Assembly (NCBI GenBank): GCA_037308085.1
Contig: CP147779.1
Location: forward strand, 896,001 to 960,000
Source: Promethearchaeati archaeon SRVP18_Atabeyarchaeia-1
GTDB taxonomy: Archaea > Asgardarchaeota > Atabeyarchaeia > Atabeyarchaeales > Atabeyarchaeaceae
Reading direction: 5' to 3'
DNA: 64,000 bases
The position numbers and the translations under genes were made by a program. The notes beneath the pieces are model-generated. The model was not told the DNA's origin, ran no database searches, and saw only the letters and a list, made by a program, of their open reading frames with translations. Positions 27,561 to 38,119 of the stretch are shown in pieces; position 1 is the first letter of the stretch, and every line of letters starts with the position of its first letter.

Positions 27561-29519
27561 CTATTGAATCTGCTTCTCAGCTAGCAGCGCTTCTATCTGA
27601 GCAAAGATCTGCGAGTCCTTGAAATGGTTCTGTGTTATGCAGCCACTTGGACACGTTGCAACACAGCACCCGCATCCCTTGCACTGCACGCTGTTAATCT
27701 TCGCTTTTCCTTCTTCTATGGATATTGCGCCAAATGGACACATGTCTATGCAGGACAAGCAGCCACTGCACTTCTCGGAATTGACGACGCTGTAGAAAGG
27801 CTCAACTTCAACCTTCCCCTTTGACATCAGCGACGCAGCGCCGGATGCTGCTCCCTTCGCTTGAGCAACAGCATCAGGAATGTCTTTCGGTCCTTGCACA
27901 GCTCCCGATATGAAGATTCCATCAGTGAGCGTATCGACTGGTCTAAGCTTAGGATGAGCCTCAAGATAGAAACCATCTGCGCTGCGTGATATCTTGAGTA
28001 GGTGCTGAACTTCTTCCGCATCCTTCCTCGGGACGAGTCCCACACTGAGCACAACAAGGTCAGCGTCGAGCTCGACGGGTCTTCCGAGTTCTGTGCTTTC
28101 GGCTCTCACGATCAAGTTCCTAGTTGTCGGGTCCTCTAGGACTTCTGCTGCTCTGCCTCGGATGTAGGTAATGCCGTATTCTCTCTGAGCGCGCTCATAG
28201 AATTCCTCGTAACCCTTACCGAACGCGCGAACGTCCATGTATAGTACATAAACATTCGTGTCTGGATGGTGCTCCTTGAGTTGCCTCGCGTGCTTTGTCG
28301 CATACATACAGCAGACTCTTGAGCAGTAAGCGTTCTTCCTGACGTTCCTCGATCCCACGCACTGGATGAATACTACTCTCTTGGGCACTTTAAGATCCGA
28401 AGGTCTCACAACCTCTCCACCAGTAGCCCCGAAGGCGCTAAGCATTCTTTCAACCTGAAGACCAGTTACGACGTTCTCGTATGTTCCGTATCCGTATTCT
28501 CCCGTCGGGTCGTACGGGTCGAAGCCAGTCGACGCTATTATCGTTCCAGCCTCGACTTCTTCCTCCGTGGGTTGCTGGTTGAAGTCTATTGCTTCGGGCT
28601 CGCAGGCTTTTACGCATAGTTTACACTTTATGCACTTGTCCATGTCAATTGTGTACTTATTTGGAACAGCCTGCGGGAACGCCATGTAAATCGCCTTCCT
28701 TGGCTTCAGACCCAGCTCGAATTCATTGGGAACACTAACGGGGCACACTTCTTCACACTTCCCGCATCCGTTGCACTTGGATTCGATAACGTATCTGGGT
28801 TTCTTCTCTATCTTGACCTTGAAATTCCCAACATAACCATCAATACTCTTGACTTCCGAGTATGCATGAAGCTTGATGTTTGGGTGGCGACCAACCCCAG
28901 TCATCTTTGGAGTGAGAATGCAGGCCGAGCAGTCCATTGTCGGAAAAGTCTTGTCGAGCTGGATCATACGCCCTCCAATGGTGGTATTTTTCTCGACTAA
29001 GTGAACTTCAAACCCAGCTTCGCCCAAGTCCAAGGCTGCAGATATCCCAGCTATTCCTCCACCGATTATGAGGCAGCTTTTCTTAACTGGAACTTCGATG
29101 GGTTCAAGCGGCTCTATGTTGGAGGCTTTTGCCACCGCAGATCGCATTAGATCCTTTGCGATCTCAAAGGCCTTCTCAGGCTCGTGCATATGGCACCATG
29201 TGTCGTGTTCTCTGATGTTTGCCTGTTCGAACAAGTATGGGTTTATGCCCGCGGCCCTGATGGCATTCCTAAAGGTGGGCTCATGCATTAGCGGGCTGCA
29301 GGCAGCTACAACTACGCGGTTCAATTTGTGCTCCTTAACGTCATTTCTTATCATTTCTTGGCCAGGGTCGCTGCACATGAACCTGTAGTCCTTGGCCAAA
29401 ACGACATGGGGCAGCTTCGAAGCGTACTCCGCAAGCTCCTTGACGTTGATGACGCCTGCGATATTAGTTCCACAATGACAAACATAGACACCGATTCGAA
29501 GTTCAGACTCGTCGCTCAT
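27561..29519 (-). CDS. hdrA: Heterodisulfide reductase subunit A (Cys form)
   Basis: RIGVYVCHCG, GGGIAG, DKTFPTMDCSAC, QCVGSR, CSRVCC, ferredoxin motifs. Confidence 0.96.
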   Translation of the reverse strand: MSDESELRIGVYVCHCGTNIAGVINVKELAEYASKLPHVVLAKDYRFMCSDPGQEMIRNDVKEHKLNRVVVAACSPLMHEPTFRNAIRAAGINPYLFEQANIREHDTWCHMHEPEKAFEIAKDLMRSAVAKASNIEPLEPIEVPVKKSCLIIGGGIAGISAALDLGEAGFEVHLVEKNTTIGGRMIQLDKTFPTMDCSACILTPKMTGVGRHPNIKLHAYSEVKSIDGYVGNFKVKIEKKPRYVIESKCNGCGKCEEVCPVSVPNEFELGLKPRKAIYMAFPQAVPNKYTIDMDKCIKCKLCVKACEPEAIDFNQQPTEEEVEAGTIIASTGFDPYDPTGEYGYGTYENVVTGLQVERMLSAFGATGGEVVRPSDLKVPKRVVFIQCVGSRNVRKNAYCSRVCCMYATKHARQLKEHHPDTNVYVLYMDVRAFGKGYEEFYERAQREYGITYIRGRAAEVLEDPTTRNLIVRAESTELGRPVELDADLVVLSVGLVPRKDAEEVQHLLKISRSADGFYLEAHPKLRPVDTLTDGIFISGAVQGPKDIPDAVAQAKGAASGAASLMSKGKVEVEPFYSVVNSEKCSGCLSCIDMCPFGAISIEEGKAKINSVQCKGCGCCVATCPSGCITQNHFKDSQIFAQIEALLAEKQIQ

Positions 29520-29825
29520 AATCGCTTACCTGCCAGATCCTTAACACCGAATAAACAGGTTAAATGACGGTAGAATGTTTTCATGTAAACCGACATTAGC
29601 CATTTATATCTTTACTTCGGGCAGGTTATATTTCCGTGTTCTCGTTCGATGTTCAAACAACCAACATAATTGGCAGTTCTCGACATCTGGCTTCTGAACT
29701 CTTATCTCTCATCTTATATGTAAGTTTGTCCTCGGACTCAACGTCAAACTATGACAACTGGTTCTACGTTTCCTACAGAGCGCTTGGAATCTGTGAACAT
29801 TGGATCATTGATTGGTAATCTTTGG

Positions 29826-30704
29826 TCATGAGACTTTCTCAAGCAAACCTTTCGTCTTGATTTTGTGCAGAGAGAGTCCTAGCTCCTCGGAATTCATTCC
29901 AAACGCTATTCCAATCAATTCCGGCAAATATAGAACGGGTAGGTTGTAGTCCGCTTTTTTCGCGCTTCTCAGTTCGACTTGACCAGTGTCAAACTGTAGA
30001 AAGCATGTTGGGCACAGAACAACAAGACAATCTGCAGAGGATCTTACAGCTTGTTGTATCTTCTCGTAGGTGAAGTCGAGTGATCCGTCTTTGTCAATGC
30101 CTCTTATTGTGGCACCACAACAGGCAAGTTTCTTCAGGTATGGAACGCTGCGTGCACCAGTTGCTTCAACCAGTTCGTCTAGGAGCCGTGGTTCCTCAGG
30201 GTTGTCAACGCGCAAAATAGAGCTTGGTCTGAGAACGTGGCAGCCGTAGTGAGTAGCCACATTCAGCCCGTTCAAGCTTGTGATGGTGTTCTCCCTTATC
30301 CTCTGTGGTCCTATCTCGTTGTGTAGGACCTCGAGCAGGTGCTTGACCTCGATCTTGCCCTTGAATGTTCTGCCTATCTTGGCAAGCATTGAATTTACGT
30401 CGGCCCTGAGTTTCAGATCCTTCTTGAGAGTCTCGTTGACAGTCTTCAGGGTTTCAAAGCAGCCGTTACATAATGTGAGTATATCGGTGTTCATTTCTTC
30501 AGCTATCGCTATGTTTCTCGCTCCCAGGGCTAGCCATGTTGCATAGTCAAGAGACTGAATTCCTACAGGGTCGGGACAGCAGCTAGTTTCTTTCATCTCC
30601 AATAGTTTGACACCAAGCGCACCCAGTACTCTCCTCGCTGATGCCTCCAAATTCGGGAGCCTAAGAGGAATCATGCAACCCAAGAACAATGCGTAATCTT
30701 TCAT
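29826..30704 (-). CDS. hdrB: Heterodisulfide reductase subunit B
   Basis: FLGC, SCCP, CNGC, HYGCH, CCGA, CPTCFLQFD. Confidence 0.94.
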   Translation of the reverse strand: MKDYALFLGCMIPLRLPNLEASARRVLGALGVKLLEMKETSCCPDPVGIQSLDYATWLALGARNIAIAEEMNTDILTLCNGCFETLKTVNETLKKDLKLRADVNSMLAKIGRTFKGKIEVKHLLEVLHNEIGPQRIRENTITSLNGLNVATHYGCHVLRPSSILRVDNPEEPRLLDELVEATGARSVPYLKKLACCGATIRGIDKDGSLDFTYEKIQQAVRSSADCLVVLCPTCFLQFDTGQVELRSAKKADYNLPVLYLPELIGIAFGMNSEELGLSLHKIKTKGLLEKVS

Positions 30705-31261
30705 TGGTCGGCCCCCTCATCCTTATGATCCTCAAGTAGTTTGTCGATTCCTGTCATCTTAACTATGGTGCGCACTTCGTCGACGTTGGCTACGGGCGCT
30801 GGGGGGAGATCGAGCGCCTCTCTTCTCTTGGCTATTGCTGACATTAAGGGAATTGACCAGCCTGTTGCGCATATCTGTTTTAGCTCCTCCTTGATGTACT
30901 CCTTCACATCTCCATCTTGTGCCGCCTTATTGCGCAAGGCTAGGACGACATGTGATGGTTTGACATCCTGGGGGCATCGTTCCTGACAAGTGTGGCAAAG
31001 TAAACACAGCCATATGGTTTGCTTTGGTATCTTATCCTCCCGTTTTGAGAGGAACCTCTGAACCATTTTTCTTGGGTTGAATTCTGGGTTTTTCTTGGCC
31101 ATGGGGCAGCCGCCCGTGCAAGTGCCGCACTGGTAGCAGGGCTTTACTGAGCTTTCACTTTCGGTTCGCAGAGCCTCGCCTATCATGCTCAGTCCTCCGT
31201 GAGGTTTCGCGGCTTCAGCGTCTGCCTTGGGCTGTTCCATAGGCTCTTCCCCTTCCCGCAA
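30701..31261 (-). CDS. hdrC: Heterodisulfide reductase subunit C
   Basis: CYQCGTCTGGCP, WLCLLCHTCQERCP. Confidence 0.93.
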   Translation of the reverse strand: MREGEEPMEQPKADAEAAKPHGGLSMIGEALRTESESSVKPCYQCGTCTGGCPMAKKNPEFNPRKMVQRFLSKREDKIPKQTIWLCLLCHTCQERCPQDVKPSHVVLALRNKAAQDGDVKEYIKEELKQICATGWSIPLMSAIAKRREALDLPPAPVANVDEVRTIVKMTGIDKLLEDHKDEGADQ

Positions 31262-31271
31262 ATCACTTTAC

Positions 31272-32048
31272 TCAGCTTAGAAATGATTCCTGTGATAGAA
31301 TGCCTCTGACGGCTTGAAAAGCTGTCGAACTATCAGGTAGTTCGAGCAATGAACGCCCTTCCATATTATACTTTGCTATCATATCGTCGCTGGGTATCGT
31401 GCCACCGTAACTAGCTCCCACCTCGTCAGCCTTGGCCCTAATCTTTTCTCCAACGTCCTCCGACAAACGATTACCCAGAACAACTACTTTCTCAATCTTA
31501 CCCTCGATCTTGCTTGTGAACCTCTTTATTCTAGCAGCAGTTTCCAGACCCATCTTTGAGGAGTCGGTGAGGATGTACATCAAATCAACGTTCCGAGAAG
31601 TTCTTCTGGTTACGTGTTCGAGCCCTGCGGGAAGATCCATTAGAATCAATCGGTAATTCTTGGAAAGTGTGTCAACGATGTTTGCAAGCATGACGTTAGG
31701 CATGCAGAAACAGCCTTCTTTCTCCACGGCTCCCATCACAAGGAGATCGAATTTTTCTCCCTCATGCAGTAAACCGAAAACTTTTGTCTCCAGAAAGGCA
31801 TCTTTATTGAAGTCTCGAGGTAGATCATCGATCCTGTCTTTCAGCTCGTGAACCGCCATAGCTACTGTGCCTTTAACTTGAATGTTAAGAACTTCAGGCA
31901 TGTTTGCATCTGGGTCGGCATCGACAACAAGAATATTGTCCATTCCATCTGATAAGAAGGACTTCAGCACAAGAGCCATGAACGACGTTTTGCCAACTCC
32001 GCCCTTGCCTGAAGAAGCTATCGTTAGACCGTTCTTCAACTTACCCAC
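31272..32048 (-). CDS. cooC: CooC/AcsF-like nickel-insertion ATPase
   Basis: GKGGVGKT, VDADP, GCFC, DLPAGLEH. Confidence 0.85.
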   Translation of the reverse strand: MGKLKNGLTIASSGKGGVGKTSFMALVLKSFLSDGMDNILVVDADPDANMPEVLNIQVKGTVAMAVHELKDRIDDLPRDFNKDAFLETKVFGLLHEGEKFDLLVMGAVEKEGCFCMPNVMLANIVDTLSKNYRLILMDLPAGLEHVTRRTSRNVDLMYILTDSSKMGLETAARIKRFTSKIEGKIEKVVVLGNRLSEDVGEKIRAKADEVGASYGGTIPSDDMIAKYNMEGRSLLELPDSSTAFQAVRGILSQESFLS

Positions 32049-32384
32049 CTAATAGAAGGACTTCTTCGTCCAGTGATCGTCTAATCTCCAAAGTACCAAG
32101 TCGGAATCTTTTAAACATAATCCTCATTCCAGTCAAACGTACATGCAGGCGTAGTGCCCTCTAGGACTTGGGCATCCACTAACTGTCTTTCTGATGATGC
32201 CTCTGCGATTCAAGATATGAGAGGAACAGAGGCATTGAAAGGAAGAGGTACTCCAATTCTTTGAATGGATTTGCTTGGGGATAAAGACTCATTAATAGAT
32301 TGGTCTCATAGATGTGTAAACAGCATCTTAATGGTCGCTCGCTAGTTAAAAGCATTGATAGATACGAAATTGGTGGCCTTTTCT

Positions 32385-33674
32385 TTGAAAGCAGTAATCC
32401 TAGCTGCAGGGGAAGGCATAAGATTGCAGCCTCTTAGCCTAACCCGACCAAAAGTGATGCTACCGGTTGCCGGCAAGCCACTTCTACAGACTATTATAGA
32501 ATCATTGAAGTCAAATGGGATCAATGACTTTTGTATAGTAGTTGGCTACCTGCAGGAGAGAATAAGGAACTTCTTTGGTAACGGCTCGCGATTCGGAGTC
32601 GAGCTATGCTACATCGAGCAGAAGAAAGCAAAAGGGACTGCGGATGCAATATCACTAGCAGAGGAATTCGTCAAGGGTGATGACTTCCTGATGTCGAACG
32701 GAGACGTTCTCATTAGGAAAGAGGAATACGGCAAGTTGATTGAAGGTCACCTCAATGAGAGATCTGAGGTATCAATGGCTGTTCATCCAGTAGGAGATCC
32801 ATCGCAGTTCGGAATAGCTGAGTTGTCAGGAGACGACAAAGTAACAAGGATAATTGAGAAGCCGGCTCACGATCAGACGGACAGTAATTCCGCAAACTGT
32901 GGGATCTACGTTTTCTCCAGCAAGATATTCGATGCCATAAAGAGAACTAGCAAATCAAGTAGAGGAGAATATGAGATAACCCAGTCCATACAGCAGATGC
33001 TAGATTATGGCGCTAGCCAAGTGAAAGCGTATAGAATTAGCGATTGGTGGATCCACATCGGTCAACCCTGGGATCTCTTGGAGGCAAATGAGATCCTACT
33101 AAGAGGGAGTACCGAGGAGTATCTTGTAGAAGGAGAGGTCGAGAACTCGGTGTCTATCAAGCCTCCAGTAAGGCTCGGCAAAGGCTCGATTGTTCGGGCA
33201 GGGTCATATGTTGAGGGGCCCGCGGTAATAGGAGAGAACTCCGATATTGGGCCGAACTCCTACATTCGACCCTTTACGTCGATAGGGGATAAATGCCGAA
33301 TAGGAAATTCCTGTGAGGTTAAGAATAGCATAGTCATGAACAATAGCCGCATCCCGCACTTATCCTACGTCGGGGACAGCATCATCGGCGAAAACGTTAA
33401 CTTGGGAGCGGGTACAGTAATCGCAAACCTGCGACTCGACGAGAAACCGATCTATGTCACAGTTAAAGGGCAGCGGGTAAATAGTGGGAGAAGAAAGCTG
33501 GGTGCTTTGATTGGAGACAACGTCAGAACAGGGATAGGAGTTATGATCATGCCCGGAGTCACGATAGGACCCGACAGTGCAATAGCAGCGAACATCAGCG
33601 TGAACTTCGACGTCCCTAGGAACACCTTTGTAGATGCGGAGATCGCGGGCTCAACCAGAAGCTGGCCGTCGTAA
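32385..33674 (+). CDS. glmU: Bifunctional sugar-1-phosphate nucleotidylyltransferase/acetyltransferase (archaeal GlmU)
   Basis: KAVILAAGEG.RL.PL...RPK, RGEYEIT, hexapeptide repeats, HLSYVGDS. Confidence 0.88.
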   Translation: MKAVILAAGEGIRLQPLSLTRPKVMLPVAGKPLLQTIIESLKSNGINDFCIVVGYLQERIRNFFGNGSRFGVELCYIEQKKAKGTADAISLAEEFVKGDDFLMSNGDVLIRKEEYGKLIEGHLNERSEVSMAVHPVGDPSQFGIAELSGDDKVTRIIEKPAHDQTDSNSANCGIYVFSSKIFDAIKRTSKSSRGEYEITQSIQQMLDYGASQVKAYRISDWWIHIGQPWDLLEANEILLRGSTEEYLVEGEVENSVSIKPPVRLGKGSIVRAGSYVEGPAVIGENSDIGPNSYIRPFTSIGDKCRIGNSCEVKNSIVMNNSRIPHLSYVGDSIIGENVNLGAGTVIANLRLDEKPIYVTVKGQRVNSGRRKLGALIGDNVRTGIGVMIMPGVTIGPDSAIAANISVNFDVPRNTFVDAEIAGSTRSWPS

Positions 33675-33871
33675 AGGCAAGGACATAGCTTGGTTCCTCT
33701 CATTTCCCTTCATTGATTGGCTCCTCAATCCGCTACAATTTATAAGTGTCATTTACAGCTCTTATCTATTCGCTAAAGGCAATATTGACCAGAGCGTTGC
33801 CAGCAGGGCTAAGATGCGGATTGCCGTATGCCGGATCCAGCGAAGTCCGGCAAGGGGGGCGTGACAACCAT

Positions 33872-34552
33872 TTGGCTGAGAAACTGATAACTCTCAAGGA
33901 TGTTTCGAAAGTCTATCACCTTGGCGCCGTGAAAGTCAATGCTCTGACAGGCATCAATCTCGAGATAGCCGAAGGGGAGTTCGTTATTATTCAAGGCCCC
34001 TCTGGAGCAGGCAAGACAACTCTGCTAAATATCATTGCAGGGCTAGACAATGTAACAAGTGGAACGATCAAGGTACGCGGCGTAAGAATAGACAGTGCAA
34101 CTGAAGACTATTTGTCTGGCTTCCGCTGCTTGAATATTGGTTTCGTGTTTCAGATGTACAATCTGATCTCCACTTTTACTGCGATTGAGAACATCGAGTT
34201 TCCCATTGAGATTGCGGGCGGCAGTGCCGAGAAAGCTGCTAGGTTCGCCAAGAGTATCTTGAAGCGACTAGGTCTGACAAGTAGGGCATTCCACCTACCA
34301 GCCCAGCTCAGCGGAGGCGAGCAACAACGTCTTGCCTTCGGTAGGGCAATAGCGAACGATCCTCCGATCATACTAGCCGATGAGCCCATAGGGAATCTGG
34401 ACAGAGCATCAGCGCAGAAGATAATTTCCATTTTGGATGAGCTGAAGAAGCAACGTAAGACTATTGTTGTCGTTTCACATGATGAGAGTACCCTGAAACT
34501 AGCCGACCGCATTCTGAACCTCGAAGATGGAAGGATAGGACATGCCCGTTAG
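33872..34552 (+). CDS. ABC transporter ATP-binding protein (LolD/MacB-like)
   Basis: GPSGAGKT, LSGGEQQR, LADEP, VSHD. Confidence 0.92.
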   Translation: MAEKLITLKDVSKVYHLGAVKVNALTGINLEIAEGEFVIIQGPSGAGKTTLLNIIAGLDNVTSGTIKVRGVRIDSATEDYLSGFRCLNIGFVFQMYNLISTFTAIENIEFPIEIAGGSAEKAARFAKSILKRLGLTSRAFHLPAQLSGGEQQRLAFGRAIANDPPIILADEPIGNLDRASAQKIISILDELKKQRKTIVVVSHDESTLKLADRILNLEDGRIGHAR

Positions 34553-36425
34553 TTCATTAAGAGACTTTTGGAGATCAAAAGACAGGTACCGCTCGAGCAT
34601 GATTGGCGCATTGGCTTCATTTGCTGCCACGACCTTTACAATCATGCTCGGAGCATCATTGGGCGCCCAAATCGGGGTCAACGTCTTAACTCGGGCATCA
34701 CCTGGATTCAGAAGCATATTCTCTACTTATGTATCACTTACGACTGTGTTTTCACTTCTGCTCTCCGTGATTACCTTTACAAATCTGATTGCAGCCGTGA
34801 TGGACAACCGTGCCAGAGATATTGCGATCCTAAAGACTTCCGGCGGTAGCATCGACAAGATCTATTCACACTTTATGACTCAGGCTATTCAAATAGCTTT
34901 CTTGCTGGGTGGTCTCAGTATAGTTGCTGGCGTCATAGTCTACTCTACTAGCATCTTGATCGTGGACTTGCTAGTTGGACTGAACATTCAGTTAGCGATA
35001 CCAACTCTTGAACTTCTCCTCATACTCGGCTTGCTGGTTGCGCTTAGCGTGGTTTTCGGTCACAGGTACGTTGCAAGAGCGGTTCGACTGCCGATCTCCG
35101 AAGTATTCTCACCTGAGATACACGATATTGAACTCCTCAGATCTCAAGGATGGTTGGCAAACAGGATAAGCAAACCAGGTTCACCCCTCAGAGTCGCATT
35201 CAGAAACGTCAGAAGGACGAGACGCTTTGCGTTGAGAGTGGCCACGTGTATTTTCCTTTCGATGGCTCTCACAACATCGATAACACTGGGTGGGGTGGTT
35301 GCTGACCAAACTACCCTCAACTACGCGAACCGGGCATTCAACGATCAGTTCATTTTTGTAGGGCATCAAGATATGTGGGTTCAATACTCCAGTCTGATTG
35401 GCTTCCAAGCCTCTCCCAAATATAATTCCAGTTTTAACTACCTTAATCCCCTGTACAGGATTAATGACTCGATTGTGCAGCAGGTAGCCTCACTGCCAGG
35501 AGTCTTGGCTGTTGATCCAAGACTGACATACGAGACTCAGATCAAGGAATTGAGTGAGCCGTCCTTCTACATTGATGCGAATGGAGTAACAAGAACCATA
35601 ATGATCGGGGACTCTAGATCAGCCCCCGTCCTAGTTAGTGGGGTAGACCCAGAGAGAGTCATCAGCAACTGGTTCGTTTCTGGTCGATTCATCAATTCAA
35701 GCGATTATCCACTCCAATCAGGCGGCTACTCTGCAATCGCTATAGGAGACTCAGTCACGTCGATCTTCGACGACATAAGCATCGAGAAGGCGAGCGTACT
35801 TGGAAAACAACTTGTCATCGTTGGAACCGTATTGGATCCGGTTGACTCTGGATGGACGATATACATGCTACGCAACGTCCTCTGTACTCTGCTTGGATAC
35901 AACGGATCCAACATTCTTCTGATCAAACCCGATCCCAGTAACTATTCAGGCACACTCACACAGGTCCGAAACAACGTAACAAAATACGGTCTCTCAGCTT
36001 ACTCAATGAGCCCAATCGTCCAAAATCTTAACAATTTCCTGAATTTCACGTGGTTAGTGGCTCTTATTCCCGTCATAATGCTAATCCTTACCTTAATGAT
36101 GGGAGTCGTCAGCTACATGAACCTCGCTTTCGAGACAAGCAAGCGGGATTTTGGGATCATGCGGGGAATAGGCGCAACCCCCAAGCATACCAGAAGAACC
36201 ATTCTGAGGCAGGGCGTAATCGTATCAACGTGGCCAGGAATATCTGGAATAGTCGTAGGCCTCATAGTTGCAGTCTATTTCTTCATCCCAGAGGCTGTAG
36301 TCACCCCACTATTGGTGGTGGTTTCGATCACACTGCTAATGGCCCTCCTATACTCCGCTTCCTTGGTAGCGTCGGTCTTCACATCTCGCTTCTCCAGTAA
36401 GCCAGTCATAGACATCATGAGATAG
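34542..36425 (+). CDS. FtsX/MacB-like ABC permease
   Basis: Two RDI/RDF-x-I-x-(K/R)-xx-G FtsX motifs, multiple TM helices, extracellular domain. Confidence 0.82.
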   Translation: MPVSSLRDFWRSKDRYRSSMIGALASFAATTFTIMLGASLGAQIGVNVLTRASPGFRSIFSTYVSLTTVFSLLLSVITFTNLIAAVMDNRARDIAILKTSGGSIDKIYSHFMTQAIQIAFLLGGLSIVAGVIVYSTSILIVDLLVGLNIQLAIPTLELLLILGLLVALSVVFGHRYVARAVRLPISEVFSPEIHDIELLRSQGWLANRISKPGSPLRVAFRNVRRTRRFALRVATCIFLSMALTTSITLGGVVADQTTLNYANRAFNDQFIFVGHQDMWVQYSSLIGFQASPKYNSSFNYLNPLYRINDSIVQQVASLPGVLAVDPRLTYETQIKELSEPSFYIDANGVTRTIMIGDSRSAPVLVSGVDPERVISNWFVSGRFINSSDYPLQSGGYSAIAIGDSVTSIFDDISIEKASVLGKQLVIVGTVLDPVDSGWTIYMLRNVLCTLLGYNGSNILLIKPDPSNYSGTLTQVRNNVTKYGLSAYSMSPIVQNLNNFLNFTWLVALIPVIMLILTLMMGVVSYMNLAFETSKRDFGIMRGIGATPKHTRRTILRQGVIVSTWPGISGIVVGLIVAVYFFIPEAVVTPLLVVVSITLLMALLYSASLVASVFTSRFSSKPVIDIMR

Positions 36426-36557
36426 GGTCAGTCTATCCAGGTCTCTGACTGAAACCTTTTGTACTAGGTTTGTCGATCTATTACTTAGGTTCGGGCTCGC
36501 GCCGAGACAATGGAATCTCGACTGAGCTGACGATCGTGTTTCAGTGGGGCGCGTGTA

Positions 36558-37925
36558 ATGGTCAAACTCACTGCTTATGGCGGGGTGTCGGAAATTGGTG
36601 GCAACAAGATCCTCCTAGAGGATGGAGACACGAGGATCTTCCTAGACTTTGGGCTGAGCTTCACTGCCGAAGCCAAGTACTTTGGAGGCGCAATCTCACC
36701 GCGCGGCGTAAATGGAATTGGCGACTACTTGGAGTTCGGCTTGTTGCCAAGACTCGAAGGACTTTATGCTGAAAGCCAAATCAAGCAAACAGGCATTCCG
36801 TTCAAGTCCGCCCAGTACCAGGGTGTGCTGATATCACACGCCCACGTGGACCACGTTGGCTACCTGAAATTCTTGGAAGAATCAGTGCCGGTATTCTGCG
36901 GGCAGACATCCAAGACAATTCTGGGAGCGCTCTATGACTGTAGTGGGACGGATGTAAACCCGTCTTCATTCAGAGCTTTTAGAACCGGAGACAAGATACG
37001 CATAGATAACATCGAAATCTGGCCAATTCACGTCGATCACTCAATCCCGGGCGCCTACGGATTCATTATTCACACGACTGAAGGAGCAATTATCTACACA
37101 GGAGACCTGAGGCTACATGGACCAGTAGGAAAGATGACCGAAGAGTTTGTGGCAAAAGCCGCAGAAGAGCATCCAACTGCGCTAATATGCGAAGGTACGC
37201 GAGTTGGGCAAGGAGAGACACACAAACTCCATAGTGAAGCGGAAGTGAGAGACTCAGCAAACAAGGTCGTATCTGGCACGTCAAAGTTGGTGACAGCATC
37301 ATTCTACGGAAGAGACATCGACCGGCTAAACACGTTGTACTCGATCGCTAAGGCAAACAAGCGCAAGTTTGTAGTTCCAATAAAGATGGCGTTGCTTCTT
37401 AGCAGATTGAGGGGCGATGCCCACTTGGTCGTGCCGGATGTTCTGTCCGATGAGAATATACTCGTCTACAAGAAACGCAAGAAGTCAGGGTCCTTCGACG
37501 AGAAGGACTATTACAAGTGGGAGCGCCCGTTCGTCGAAAAAGCGGTCGATCATAAGTACGTGCATGATAACCAGTCAAAGTTGATAGTCGCCATGGACCC
37601 AAGTTCCTTTGCAGAGCTGATAGACATTAGACCTGACCCAGGAGGACAGTACATCTATTCGATGAGCGAGCCTTATTCCGAGCTTGAAGAAGCAAATGAG
37701 GAAATACAGAGGAGTTGGCTTGAGCACTTCCAAATGAGCTATAACCAAATCCATGCGTCAGGTCATGCCCCACCCAAGGATCTGGGGAACTTGATCAACA
37801 CCATAAAACCGAAAATCCTAATTCCAATCCACACTGAACACCCCGACAAATTTCAAGATTTCGTAAGGAAGGAGTCCACGAGACTCATCATACCGGAGAA
37901 GTCAATCGCCTACAGCGTCCCTTGA
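36558..37925 (+). CDS. MBL-fold/beta-CASP hydrolase (RNase J-like)
   Basis: GGVSEIGGN, SHAHVDH, VDHS, YTGD, HASGH, PIHTE. Confidence 0.85.
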   Translation: MVKLTAYGGVSEIGGNKILLEDGDTRIFLDFGLSFTAEAKYFGGAISPRGVNGIGDYLEFGLLPRLEGLYAESQIKQTGIPFKSAQYQGVLISHAHVDHVGYLKFLEESVPVFCGQTSKTILGALYDCSGTDVNPSSFRAFRTGDKIRIDNIEIWPIHVDHSIPGAYGFIIHTTEGAIIYTGDLRLHGPVGKMTEEFVAKAAEEHPTALICEGTRVGQGETHKLHSEAEVRDSANKVVSGTSKLVTASFYGRDIDRLNTLYSIAKANKRKFVVPIKMALLLSRLRGDAHLVVPDVLSDENILVYKKRKKSGSFDEKDYYKWERPFVEKAVDHKYVHDNQSKLIVAMDPSSFAELIDIRPDPGGQYIYSMSEPYSELEEANEEIQRSWLEHFQMSYNQIHASGHAPPKDLGNLINTIKPKILIPIHTEHPDKFQDFVRKESTRLIIPEKSIAYSVP

Positions 37926-38119
37926 CTTTGCCATCAACATCCCAATTCGAGGTCACGCCTGGCGCGGGAATCTGAGCTGAGTCAGCAACCCCTTACCGTC
38001 GCCTCCGAATCAATCACGACGCGGTGTCAGAATACCTTAAATAGATCGAGATTTCAATTTGGGATGAGTACTCTCTTAAAGAGAATCTCATGTCGTTTTT
38101 TCGGAGGTCCGGTTCGCGT

